The translations under genes were made by a program, and so were the position numbers. A stretch of DNA of 64,000 nt from Eubacteriales bacterium (GTDB lineage: Bacteria > Bacillota > Clostridia > Oscillospirales > CAG-272), in the NCBI GenBank assembly GCA_045643945.1, contig JAZRGA010000071.1, positions 5,891 to 69,890 on the forward strand, written 5' to 3'. Position 1 is the first letter of the stretch, and every line of letters begins with the position of its first letter. The notes beneath the pieces are model-generated. The model was given only the letters and a program-made list of their open reading frames with translations. It was not told the DNA's origin and made no database searches. This document shows positions 8,702 to 17,359 of the stretch, piece after piece.

Positions 8702-10360
8702 ATGAAAAAGACTTTAGCTCTTATTTTATCAGCGCTTTTGCTTTTAAGCGCATTCACGTCCTGCAGTAAGAAGCCTCGCATTGAGGAAACCGAGGAAGAA
8801 ACCAAGGTCGAGGCAACTATTGGCGACGGTGATAACAATAACAACGGCGACAATAATAACACTAACAACGATAACAATGATAACACCGATAACAACAATA
8901 CCGACGATAACGGTGGTAATGGTGGTAATGGCGGTAACGGCGGTAACGGTGACAACGGTGGCAATACCGGTGACAACGGCGGCAACACAGGTGACAACGG
9001 CGGAAACACTGGCGATAATGGCGGCAATACCGGTGACAACGGTGGCAATACCGGTGACAACGGTGGTAATGGCGGTAACGGTGGAAATACCGGCGACAAC
9101 GGCGGTAATAGCGGCGACAATGGCGGAAATACCGGTGACAACGGTGACAATACCGGTGACAACGGCGGCAACACAGGTGACAATGGCGGCAACACTGGCG
9201 ATAATGGCGGTAATACAGGTGACAATGGCGGTAATAGCGGCGACAATGGCGGTAATAGCGGCGACAATGGCGATAGTGATGATGATACCTCTACGCCTAA
9301 GCCTATTGACAGTGCCGAGGCATTAAAGGATATCGTGCTTAACGGCAACTACTACCTCACGGGCGACCTCGACCTTAACGGTGCGGAATGGACTCCCATC
9401 GGTGACGAGAACAATCCGTTCACGGGTAGCTTTAACGGTAACGGCCATACAATATCCAATTTCGTAATAAATGACGAGTTAATGTTTGCGGGACTTTTTG
9501 GAGCGAACGCAGGAACGATTGAAAATCTTAAGCTTTCGGGCGTTACAATTGATATAACTAACAATTCTACCTCTCTTTACATCGGAGCATTGGTCGCAAA
9601 AAATACAGGTAACGTTAAAAAATGCTTTGCTGAAGGAAATCTTAGCGGAAAGGTAATTAACACTGCAACCGACAAGGCGGCATTTATCGGCGGCTTGGTT
9701 GGATATGATTACAAAGGCACTGTTGAAGAATGCGCGGCAACTTGTAAAATAAGCTCATACTCGAACTCCAACGGATCTTGTGCGGGCGGTTTGGTTGGAT
9801 ATACCTATCTTAGCAGCGTTATAAACTGCTATGCGACGGGCGACGTTGAGTCCTCTTACGATCTCGCAACCGAAGCGGAAAACAGCAGCACCGCAGGCGG
9901 ACTTATCGGTCATAACCCAGGTAGCACCGTAAGAAATTGCTATGCAAGCGGTACGGTTATTTCTAAAGCATTAAAGGGCGGACTAAGCTTTGCGGGCGGT
10001 CTTATCGGTGACCATAGCCGCATTAACATAGGTACTTCAGATAATCCCGAGTACATCATCGGTGAAATTTCGGGATGCTATGCAATAGGTAACGTAATGT
10101 CAGAGGCAAAGTTAGGAGCTTCCGCTACAAACGGCAGCGCATTCTGCGGATATGTAAATCCCGAAACAACCGCAAGCCTAACGAATAACTATTACTGTGC
10201 AGAGCAAACGGTTAACTCCATCAGCATCTTCTCATACGGTGAGGAAAAGGCTCTTAGCGATATAAAATCCGAAGCATTCCATCTTGAAGCTCTCAAGTGG
10301 TCTGCCGACGTATGGAGCATTACCGAGGGTAATCTCCCCACGCTTAAGGCTTTAGCATAA
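8702..10360 (+). CDS. Surface lipoprotein with a Gly/Asn/Asp/Thr repeat linker and GLUG-motif repeats
   Basis: 552 aa. Lipobox LSAFTSC. About 17 heptad repeats GDNGGNT. The C-terminal part has recurring GGLVG/GGLIG ... NCYA(T/S)G units (GLUG motif). The region after the linker is paralogous to 59824..62457. Confidence 0.7.
   Translation: MKKTLALILSALLLLSAFTSCSKKPRIEETEEETKVEATIGDGDNNNNGDNNNTNNDNNDNTDNNNTDDNGGNGGNGGNGGNGDNGGNTGDNGGNTGDNGGNTGDNGGNTGDNGGNTGDNGGNGGNGGNTGDNGGNSGDNGGNTGDNGDNTGDNGGNTGDNGGNTGDNGGNTGDNGGNSGDNGGNSGDNGDSDDDTSTPKPIDSAEALKDIVLNGNYYLTGDLDLNGAEWTPIGDENNPFTGSFNGNGHTISNFVINDELMFAGLFGANAGTIENLKLSGVTIDITNNSTSLYIGALVAKNTGNVKKCFAEGNLSGKVINTATDKAAFIGGLVGYDYKGTVEECAATCKISSYSNSNGSCAGGLVGYTYLSSVINCYATGDVESSYDLATEAENSSTAGGLIGHNPGSTVRNCYASGTVISKALKGGLSFAGGLIGDHSRINIGTSDNPEYIIGEISGCYAIGNVMSEAKLGASATNGSAFCGYVNPETTASLTNNYYCAEQTVNSISIFSYGEEKALSDIKSEAFHLEALKWSADVWSITEGNLPTLKALA
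8905..9275 (+). repeat. In-frame tandem repeat, 21-nt period (GGTGACAACGGCGGCAACACA-like), inside the GLUG lipoprotein gene
   Basis: Visible head-to-tail copies with synonymous and near-synonymous variation. They encode (T/S)GDNGGN units. Confidence 0.85.
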
Positions 10361-10377
10361 TAAAATAATAACCAACA

Positions 10378-10614
10378 AAAGGGGCTGCGTCATTTAGCGC
10401 AGAACAAAAACACAAAAAATATAAATAATAAAAAAATAGCTTTAACTGTGAATAAAAATCGCGGTTAAAGCTTTTTTTTGTAGGAATTTTCGAGATATAC
10501 TCTCAAATTCCATTTTATATATGTTTTTTAGCCGCGCTTTGGCTCTCTGGAGTACCTTTGTACGCCGACGAGAACCAAATCACGACTTCTGCATCTGAAT
10601 GACGCAGCCCCTTT
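10378..10614. repeat. Intergenic cassette bounded by a perfect 17-bp inverted repeat
   Basis: AAAGGGGCTGCGTCATT (10378-10394) is the exact reverse complement of AATGACGCAGCCCCTTT (10598-10614). The 203-bp interior holds a bidirectional terminator and a further hairpin. Confidence 0.8.
10430..10480. terminator. Bidirectional intrinsic terminator between the convergent GLUG lipoprotein gene and recG
   Basis: A-tract, stem AGCTTTAAC/GTTAAAGCT, then T8. Confidence 0.75.
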
Positions 10615-10622
10615 ATATTTTA

Positions 10623-12764
10623 TCAATTTATAACGCTTGTATCAAAATCAAAGGTACGTTCTATCTCGGCTCTAAGGCTCGGATATCTTGAAAGGTCGGG
10701 AGATTTTTCCAAAATTGCTCTCGCCTCCGAAAACGCCACCGAAAGAAGCTCCACGTCGTCGCATACCTCGGCAAGCTTAAAGCTTATTCCTCCGCTTTGA
10801 CGAAGACGAAAATCGTTTCGAGCCGCAAAAAAGTCACCAGGTCCTCGCATAGCAAGGTCCTTTTCGGCTATGTGATATCCATCGTGCGAGCCTTTAACGG
10901 TCATAAGTCGCTCTCGGGCGTTTCCGTTCTTCTTTATTGCATCCGAAACGAATACACAGTACGCCTTTCTTGAGCCTCTGCCTACCCTACCTCTTAATTG
11001 GTGAAGCTGAGAAAGTCCAAATCTCTCGGCATTTTCAACTATCATAAGCGAAGCGTTAGGCACGTTTACTCCAACCTCGATAACAGTTGTAGAAACGAGA
11101 ATATCGGTTTTACCCGATACGAAGCGAGCCATTTTTTCTTCCTTTTCCTTTGGCTTTAGCTTGCCGTGAAGAAAATCAACGCAAAGGTCGGGGAATTTTT
11201 CGGAAAGCTCATCGGAAAACGCAATAGCCGATTTCATTTTTTTCGATTCGCCACCGTCGATAAGATTTCCCTCTACACCAATCTGCTCAATAAGAAGATT
11301 GCTCTCGGACTCACTCTCATCAACCGCAGGGCAAACAACGTAGACCTGACCGCCAAGCTCGACCTGCTTTCGGATAAATCCGTTAAGTCGCTCTCGGTAG
11401 CTCTCGTCAACCACAAAGGTATCAACCGCCTGCCTACCCGATGGAATTTCATCTATCATAGATATATCAAGATCACCGTAAAGAGCAAGCGCTAAGGAGC
11501 GCGGAATAGGCGTGGCACTCATAACGAGAGTATGCGATAAGGGATTTTTCTTTGCAAGCAACGACCTCTGCCCTACACCAAAGCGGTGCTGCTCGTCGAT
11601 TACCGAAAGAGCAAGCGAGGAAAACTCAACACCCTCGGAAAGTATTGCGTGAGTGCCGATGACTATATCTGTTCTATCGCTTGAATTATCCTTTAAGGAT
11701 GCGTATATCCTGCGCTTCTCCGCCGCCGTGGTTGCGCCGAGTAATAGCTCGCATTTCATTCCGAGCGACGAAAAAATATCACAAAGCGATAAATAATGCT
11801 GACGCGCAAGTATCTCGGTGGGAGCTAAGAGCGCCGCTTGATGTCCGCTTTGAACCGCAAAAAGCATAGCCGCCGCCGCGCAAACCGTCTTTCCGCATCC
11901 AACGTCACCGATAACTATTCGGCTCATAGCGGTATCCCTTTTCATATCCTTTTCTATCTCACCTATAACTCTCAACTGAGCCGAGGTAAGAGAATACGGC
12001 AAAAGTCCAAGCAAGGCATTTATGTCGGTATTAGCGCACGGATAAGCGGCAGAGCGCGCACCTATCGCTCCGACAATTAAAATTCCAAGAGCAAAATTAA
12101 AAAGCTCGTCAAAAATAAGTCGCTTTTTAGCCGCCGCAAGAGCCGAAAAGCTTTCGGGAAAATGTATATTTTTTAAAGCAAAGGAGCGCATACAAAGCTT
12201 ATACTTAAGCCTTATATCCTCGGGCAGATTATCGGTAAGCTCTCTGTCGCAGGCGGCAAGAACCAAAGCCGAGCGCACGTCCTTTGATATCTGCTTTTGC
12301 GATATTTTCCCCGTTACACCGTAAACGGGAATAAGCGACGGCAGCTCTGCGCTATCACTGTACGGCTCATATACGGGCGAGCTTAACGTAACACCGCGAG
12401 TGCTTTTGTCGAGTCTGCCGTAAAACCTAAAGGTAGAGCCGACGGTAAAGGTGCTTTTCAAATAATCCTGATTAAAAAATACGACCTCGCACTGAGCGCT
12501 CTCATCATATGCTCTAAACTTAGTTACAGTTCTGTTTCCACTTAGCCGAGCGGTCCTTGGAGCTGTCGAAACGGTAAGAATAAAGGCGTGCTTTTCATAA
12601 TCGTCAACCTCGCATAGCATCTTTATATCGCCTCTGTTCTCATATCCTCGGGGATAATGCATAAGCAGGTCGGAAACGGTGCTTATGCCAAGCGACGCAT
12701 ACGCCTTTGCTCTTGCCTCGCCAACACCGTAAAGCTTTTTTATATCGATATCAATATAACTCAT
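10623..12764 (-). CDS. recG: ATP-dependent DNA helicase RecG
   Basis: 713 aa. Wedge/OB N-terminus, Walker A GDVGCGKT, and DEQHRFGV (DEQH box). Confidence 0.9.
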   Translation of the reverse strand: MSYIDIDIKKLYGVGEARAKAYASLGISTVSDLLMHYPRGYENRGDIKMLCEVDDYEKHAFILTVSTAPRTARLSGNRTVTKFRAYDESAQCEVVFFNQDYLKSTFTVGSTFRFYGRLDKSTRGVTLSSPVYEPYSDSAELPSLIPVYGVTGKISQKQISKDVRSALVLAACDRELTDNLPEDIRLKYKLCMRSFALKNIHFPESFSALAAAKKRLIFDELFNFALGILIVGAIGARSAAYPCANTDINALLGLLPYSLTSAQLRVIGEIEKDMKRDTAMSRIVIGDVGCGKTVCAAAAMLFAVQSGHQAALLAPTEILARQHYLSLCDIFSSLGMKCELLLGATTAAEKRRIYASLKDNSSDRTDIVIGTHAILSEGVEFSSLALSVIDEQHRFGVGQRSLLAKKNPLSHTLVMSATPIPRSLALALYGDLDISMIDEIPSGRQAVDTFVVDESYRERLNGFIRKQVELGGQVYVVCPAVDESESESNLLIEQIGVEGNLIDGGESKKMKSAIAFSDELSEKFPDLCVDFLHGKLKPKEKEEKMARFVSGKTDILVSTTVIEVGVNVPNASLMIVENAERFGLSQLHQLRGRVGRGSRKAYCVFVSDAIKKNGNARERLMTVKGSHDGYHIAEKDLAMRGPGDFFAARNDFRLRQSGGISFKLAEVCDDVELLSVAFSEARAILEKSPDLSRYPSLRAEIERTFDFDTSVIN

Positions 12765-12904
12765 ACTATCCCCCCTTTTTTAGTTACAATTATTATACAA
12801 CAAAACCAAAACACATGTCAATAGCTTTAAAGGGCTATAAAGCCAAAGCAAAGGATTTATTTTTGTTAAAAATTCACTAAATTTGTTTAATTATTTTTTT
12901 GTTG

Positions 12905-12933
12905 TTGACAATCGACTTGATTTGCGGTATAAT
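12905..12933 (+). promoter_or_regulatory. Sigma-A type promoter for 12979..14136
   Basis: TTGACA, a 17-nt spacer, then TATAAT. Confidence 0.5.
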
Positions 12934-12978
12934 ATAATAGAATATGTAATTATACCTAAACGGAGGTTATAAATTATA

Positions 12979-14136
12979 ATGAATATAACGAAAAAAATAT
13001 TTGCGATTCTCCTTGCGGGACTCTTAACGCTTAGCCTTGCGGCTTGTGGGGACAAAAAGGAGGACGAGGAAAACAATAAGGAATCCTCGGTAATAGAGCA
13101 AAACTACATCGAAGAAGCATCAAATAAGGGTAAATTTGAATACGCCCTTAACGTAGAGGGCGACTATGAGCTTATTAAATATGAGCCTTATGACGTTACT
13201 GCTAATGATATTACACTTCCTAAGGAGGTTAACGGCAGAGATATCGTCGGTATCGCCGCTAACGCATTTACCGAAGCGGCAAGCTCTATAAAGAGCGTTA
13301 CCGTTCCCGATACATACAAATATATCGGAGATTACGCATTCTACGATTGCGACTCGCTCGTTTCTATTAAATTGCCCGCAACGCTTGAACAGATTGGCGT
13401 TAGCGCATTCAGAAGCTGTGACATTCTCGCAGATTTCACAATGCCTGCAGGCGTAAAGGTTGTTTCCGAGTATGCATTTATGGATTGCAAGGCTATAAAA
13501 GCTCTTGACCTTTCAAGCGTTACCGAGATTAATAAGGGCGCATTCTTAAACTGTGCGGCGCTTGAGGGCATTACCCTTTCCGATAAGCTTGAATACGCTA
13601 CAAAAGAGGCGTTCTACGGATGCGATGCTCTCGTTTACAACGAGGAAGCAGAGCTTAAATATCTTGGAAACGATGCAAACAAGACAATTCTTCTCGTTTC
13701 TCCCAAGTCGCTTAACGTCACCGAGTGCGCAGTTAGCGCAAGCACAAAGGTAATCGCAGATTCAGCATTTAACGCTTGCGAGTATCTCACAAAGATTACA
13801 CTTTCCGACTCTGTAAAGGTTATCAACGGAACATCGTTTACAGGCTGCACAGAGCTTAAGTTCAATAAGGTTGAGAACGGACTTTACCTCGGAACTGAGG
13901 CTAATCCTTATATGGTGCTTATCGAGCTTGATATACACACAGTTGAGGACTTTAAGCTTAATAAGGATACAAAAATAATCGCAAAAACCGCATTTGCTAA
14001 ATGTACTCTCCTCGAGGATATCAGCTTTGAGGGAGCAGAGGCAGATTGGCAGGCAATCATTAAGCCCGCAGATTGGAACGGCGACCTCACGGTTAACGTA
14101 ACCTGCTCGGATAAGATGATTACTGTTCTCGGTTAA
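12979..14136 (+). CDS. BspA-type leucine-rich-repeat surface lipoprotein
   Basis: 385 aa. Lipobox LSLAAC. Repeats of the same type as 2243..3673 (VxxIxxxAFxxCxxL). Confidence 0.7.
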   Translation: MNITKKIFAILLAGLLTLSLAACGDKKEDEENNKESSVIEQNYIEEASNKGKFEYALNVEGDYELIKYEPYDVTANDITLPKEVNGRDIVGIAANAFTEAASSIKSVTVPDTYKYIGDYAFYDCDSLVSIKLPATLEQIGVSAFRSCDILADFTMPAGVKVVSEYAFMDCKAIKALDLSSVTEINKGAFLNCAALEGITLSDKLEYATKEAFYGCDALVYNEEAELKYLGNDANKTILLVSPKSLNVTECAVSASTKVIADSAFNACEYLTKITLSDSVKVINGTSFTGCTELKFNKVENGLYLGTEANPYMVLIELDIHTVEDFKLNKDTKIIAKTAFAKCTLLEDISFEGAEADWQAIIKPADWNGDLTVNVTCSDKMITVLG

Positions 14137-14225
14137 TAATTTATTATAGTTAAGTTATATTTAAATCGAGGAAGCTTTCTTAGAAAAAAGGTCGGTAGTG
14201 CCGAAAATAATAGTTGTTTTTTGTG

Positions 14226-14260
14226 TCGGGGGATGTTTGACTTCATCCCCCGATTTCTTG
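14226..14260 (+). terminator. Terminator hairpin after the LRR lipoprotein gene
   Basis: Stem TCGGGGGATG/CATCCCCCGA followed by a weak T-tract (TTTCTT). Confidence 0.5.
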
Positions 14261-14266
14261 TATATA

Positions 14267-14312
14267 GAAAAAGAGGAAGACTTGCCACGCAAAAATCTTC
14301 CTCTTTATATTT
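14267..14312. terminator. Terminator hairpin serving trpB2 (minus strand), T-tracts on both sides
   Basis: Stem AGAGGAAGA/TCTTCCTCT flanked by A5 and T-rich runs. Confidence 0.55.
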
Positions 14313-14349
14313 TTTATATTTTTTATATTTATTCTTTTATATTTATTAC

Positions 14350-15720
14350 TTAAATTTGGGGAAATCTTGCAAAAGCCGCCTCAAGCTCCTCGTCGGTAGG
14401 ACGGTAATCACCAAGCTTTCCATCATGGAACTTCTCGTAAGACATCATATCAAAGTATCCCGTTCCCGTAAGTCCGAATACGATAGTCTTTTCCTCGCCC
14501 GTTTCCTTGCACTTAAGAGCCTCGTCAAGCGCAACCTTGATTGCGTGAGAGCTTTCGGGCGCGGGAAGAATTCCCTCTACCCTTGCAAAATACTCTGCCG
14601 CCGCAAATACAGAGGTCTGCTCTACCGATACTGCCTCCATAAGTCCTTGGTCGTAAAGCTCGGAAAGCGTAGGATTCATACCGTGGTAACGAAGTCCGCC
14701 CGCATGGCTTGCCGCAGGAATAAAGTTACTTCCAAGAGTATACATCTTAACAAGGGGGCAAATCATTCCCGTATCGCAATAATCGAATACGTATCTACCG
14801 CGTGTAAGACTGGGACAAGACATCGGCTCAACCGCAATAAAGCGATAATCTGCCTCACCGCGAAGCTTCTCGCCCATAAAGGGAGCGATAAGTCCGCCAA
14901 GGTTAGAGCCGCCACCTGCGCAACCAATAATAATATCGGGCTTTATGCCGTATTTATCAAGTGCTACCTTTGTTTCAAGTCCTATAATAGACTGATGAAG
15001 CATTACCTGATTAAGCACGCTACCGAGAACGTATCTGTAACCGTCCTTCTTAGAAGCCGCCTCTACCGCCTCGGAAACTGCGCAACCAAGGCTTCCCGAC
15101 GTACCGGGATGCTCGGCAAGTATCTTTCTTCCAACCTCGGTTTCCATAGAGGGCGAGGGTGTTACGGTTGCTCCGTAGGTACGCATAACCTCACGTCTGA
15201 AGGGCTTTTGCTCATAAGAGCATTTAACCATATATACGTTACAGTCAAGGTCGAAATAAGCACACGCCATAGAAAGCGCCGTACCCCACTGACCTGCTCC
15301 CGTTTCGGTAGTAACTCCGCGAAGTCCCTGCTTCTTTGCGTAATACGCCTGCGCTATTGCGGAATTAAGCTTATGGCTACCGCTTGTGTTATTACCCTCA
15401 AACTTATAATATATCTTTGCGGGAGTCTGCATCTTCTCCTCAAGGCAATACGCTCTTATAAGGGGCGCGGGACGGTACATTTTATAAAAGCTTTGAATTT
15501 CCTCGGGTATGGGGAAATAAGCGGTTGTATCGTCAAGCTCCTGCTCAACAAGCTCACGGCAGAAAACCTCGGAAAGCTGCTCTGCGCTCATAACCTTATG
15601 AGTTTCGGGGTCGAGCAACGGCTCGGGCTTTTTCTTCATATCCGCCCTTACGTTATACCATTCCTTTGGCATCTCATTTTCATCAAGATAAATTTTGTAA
15701 GGGATCTTCTTTTCTGACAT
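14350..15720 (-). CDS. trpB: TrpB2-type tryptophan synthase beta-like PLP enzyme (stand-alone)
   Basis: 456 aa from MSEKKIPYKIYLDENEMPKEWYN. PLP lysine region SGSHKLNSA and GGGSN loop. The long N-terminal extension is typical of TrpB2. The 73 upstream codons in the ORF track are the T-box leader. Confidence 0.8.
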   Translation of the reverse strand: MSEKKIPYKIYLDENEMPKEWYNVRADMKKKPEPLLDPETHKVMSAEQLSEVFCRELVEQELDDTTAYFPIPEEIQSFYKMYRPAPLIRAYCLEEKMQTPAKIYYKFEGNNTSGSHKLNSAIAQAYYAKKQGLRGVTTETGAGQWGTALSMACAYFDLDCNVYMVKCSYEQKPFRREVMRTYGATVTPSPSMETEVGRKILAEHPGTSGSLGCAVSEAVEAASKKDGYRYVLGSVLNQVMLHQSIIGLETKVALDKYGIKPDIIIGCAGGGSNLGGLIAPFMGEKLRGEADYRFIAVEPMSCPSLTRGRYVFDYCDTGMICPLVKMYTLGSNFIPAASHAGGLRYHGMNPTLSELYDQGLMEAVSVEQTSVFAAAEYFARVEGILPAPESSHAIKVALDEALKCKETGEEKTIVFGLTGTGYFDMMSYEKFHDGKLGDYRPTDEELEAAFARFPQI

Positions 15721-15744
15721 AATTCTTTTTCCTTTCTTGTAAAG

Positions 15745-16005
15745 GGGGCATAAAAAACAAAAAACGCCCCGCAAATTTCTTTGCCGGGACAGGATTTTTC
15801 CTGCGGTGCCACCCTGCTTGATGCTTAGCATCCACTCACGCGTACTATAATACGCCGACCAATTACGGAAGGTCAACCGTCTTGCATACTCCGCTAAGCG
15901 TTTCAGCTTGCCCTCAGAGGTCCATTCGTACTGCTCCAAAATATTGCGCTCACACCGTCCGCAACTCGCTGGAAGTTGATTTTCAGCCTACTTCTCCTCA
16001 TCATC
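15745..16005 (-). promoter_or_regulatory. T-box riboswitch leader, tryptophan-specific
   Basis: The minus strand shows a GA/K-turn start (TGATGAGGAGAAGTAG) and specifier loop GAA-UGG-A (UGG = 15924..15922). The T-box motif AGCAGGGUGGCACCGCAGG is the complement of 15801-15822. The terminator CCCGGCAAA/TTTGCGGGG plus T6 lies at about 15757-15790. Confidence 0.85.
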
Positions 16006-16016
16006 AGTTTAAAAAA

Positions 16017-16045
16017 ATTATAGCACAGACCGCCGATTTTGTCAA
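16017..16045 (-). promoter_or_regulatory. Sigma-A type promoter driving the T-box/trpB2 transcript
   Basis: Minus strand TTGACA (16045..16040), a 17-nt spacer with TG extension, then TATAAT (16022..16017). Confidence 0.55.
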
Positions 16046-16125
16046 TATATTTTTCAATTTTTTTATATCTCTCACAAAATACCGTCATAAATATATTAAA
16101 AAGTATTAAAAATATTGCAAAAAGA

Positions 16126-16154
16126 TTGAAAATATAGTGAAAATGTGCTATAAT
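16126..16154 (+). promoter_or_regulatory. Sigma-A type promoter for the 16188..20566 operon
   Basis: TTGAAA, a 17-nt spacer with TG extension, then TATAAT. Confidence 0.5.
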
Positions 16155-16187
16155 TGACTTATAAATTTTAATCCAAGGAGAACCCCT

Positions 16188-17330
16188 ATGAGCACAAAAT
16201 CACTTCCCGAATATATGCATTGTTACCCGACCGTTATGGCTGCGGCAAAAAGCTATTTTATCTTCGTTCCCTTTGACGGAGAGGTAATTATGTGGGTGAC
16301 TGTTAAAGATAAGACCTATTATGACGATTGCAACGGTATTTTCCGTTCCAATACCCGTATGCACAAGGTTGAAATTCCCTGCAAAATTCTTGACGAGGCA
16401 GGCGAATACACCGTACACTATATAAAAATGATTGACCGCCGCCCTTACTTCCCGTTAAGTGAGGATGAGCGCTCGCTGACCGTAAGCTTCCGTCCCGTTC
16501 CGACCGACAGAGAAATAAACATCTACCACATCGCCGACGCTCACAACCTCGTTGACGAGCCGGTAAGCGCAGGACGCTACTTTGGTGACAAGATAGACCT
16601 TCTCGTTCTCAACGGTGACATTCCTAACCATAGCGGAGATATTGAAAACTTCAACGCAATATACGAAATAGCATCGGCTATAACCTATGGCTCTTGCCCC
16701 GTAGTTTTTGCGCGCGGAAATCACGATACAAGAGGTATTCACGCAGAGGATATGCCGAACTTCATTCCTACCGTTAACGGAAAGACCTATTACACCTTCC
16801 GCGTAGGCTCTGTTTGGGGACTTATTCTCGATTGCGGTGAGGACAAGATAGACGGTCACCCCGAGTATGGCGTAACGGTATGCTTCCATCAGTTCAGACT
16901 TGCGGAAACCGAGTTTATTAAGCGTGTTATTGAAAACGCAAAGGACGAATACGAGGCAGAGGGCGTTGAGCATAAGCTTGTAGTTTGTCACCTTGTATTT
17001 ACCAACACATACGAGCCTCCATTTGATATCGAGCAGGACACCTACTCGGAATGGGCTCGCCTCCTCCGAGAGGAAATAAAGCCTGACCTTATGCTTTGCG
17101 GTCACGAGCATCACACAAGCATCTACTACAAGGGCTGCCCCGCAGACCACAAGGGTCAACCCTGCCCCGTTATCGTTGGCTCACGTCCAAGATTTGCCAA
17201 CAAGGAAAAGGAACGCCCCGCAGGATTTACCGGTTGCGCTCTGACACTTAACAAGGATACCGCAAAGGTTATCTTTAACAATCACGAGGGCGAAATAGTT
17301 AAGGAAGAAATAATCGATATTTCAAAATAA
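16188..17330 (+). CDS. Calcineurin-like metallophosphoesterase, no signal peptide
   Basis: 380 aa with motifs HIADAHN, GDIPNH, GNHD and CGHEHH. AAGGAG lies before the ATG. Confidence 0.75.
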   Translation: MSTKSLPEYMHCYPTVMAAAKSYFIFVPFDGEVIMWVTVKDKTYYDDCNGIFRSNTRMHKVEIPCKILDEAGEYTVHYIKMIDRRPYFPLSEDERSLTVSFRPVPTDREINIYHIADAHNLVDEPVSAGRYFGDKIDLLVLNGDIPNHSGDIENFNAIYEIASAITYGSCPVVFARGNHDTRGIHAEDMPNFIPTVNGKTYYTFRVGSVWGLILDCGEDKIDGHPEYGVTVCFHQFRLAETEFIKRVIENAKDEYEAEGVEHKLVVCHLVFTNTYEPPFDIEQDTYSEWARLLREEIKPDLMLCGHEHHTSIYYKGCPADHKGQPCPVIVGSRPRFANKEKERPAGFTGCALTLNKDTAKVIFNNHEGEIVKEEIIDISK

Positions 17331-17359
17331 TCCCATAGCAAAAGGAATTTATTAATATT

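Noticed and set aside
8905-9275. Regular short repeats that could superficially suggest a CRISPR array.
   Set aside because: The units are contiguous 21-mers with no unique spacers. They are in frame within a coding sequence, and no cas genes or leader are present.
8566-9348. 260-aa minus-strand ORF rich in LSPLPP, and the plus-strand alternative-frame ORF 8781..9326.
   Set aside because: Both are frame shadows of the 21-nt GDNGGNT tandem repeat inside the GLUG lipoprotein gene. That gene has a proper SD, signal peptide and lipobox.
10598-10614. The minus-strand sequence begins GGGGCTG..., reminiscent of a tmRNA 5' end, and its ends pair as in 6S RNA.
   Set aside because: The element is only about 237 nt. 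It has no tRNA-like acceptor/T-arm (no GGTTCGAATCC-like motif, no CCA end) and no tag reading frame. A bidirectional terminator sits in its middle, so neither a tmRNA nor a 6S-like fold is supported.
14221-15717. 498-aa plus-strand ORF.
   Set aside because: It is a codon-registered antisense shadow of trpB2. It starts inside terminator hairpins, has a basic low-complexity composition and no SD.
15721-15939. 73-codon N-terminal extension of the trpB2 ORF (ORF-track start 15939).
   Set aside because: This stretch is the T-box leader (specifier loop, T-box motif, terminator). The real start is the ATG at 15720, just after the terminator.
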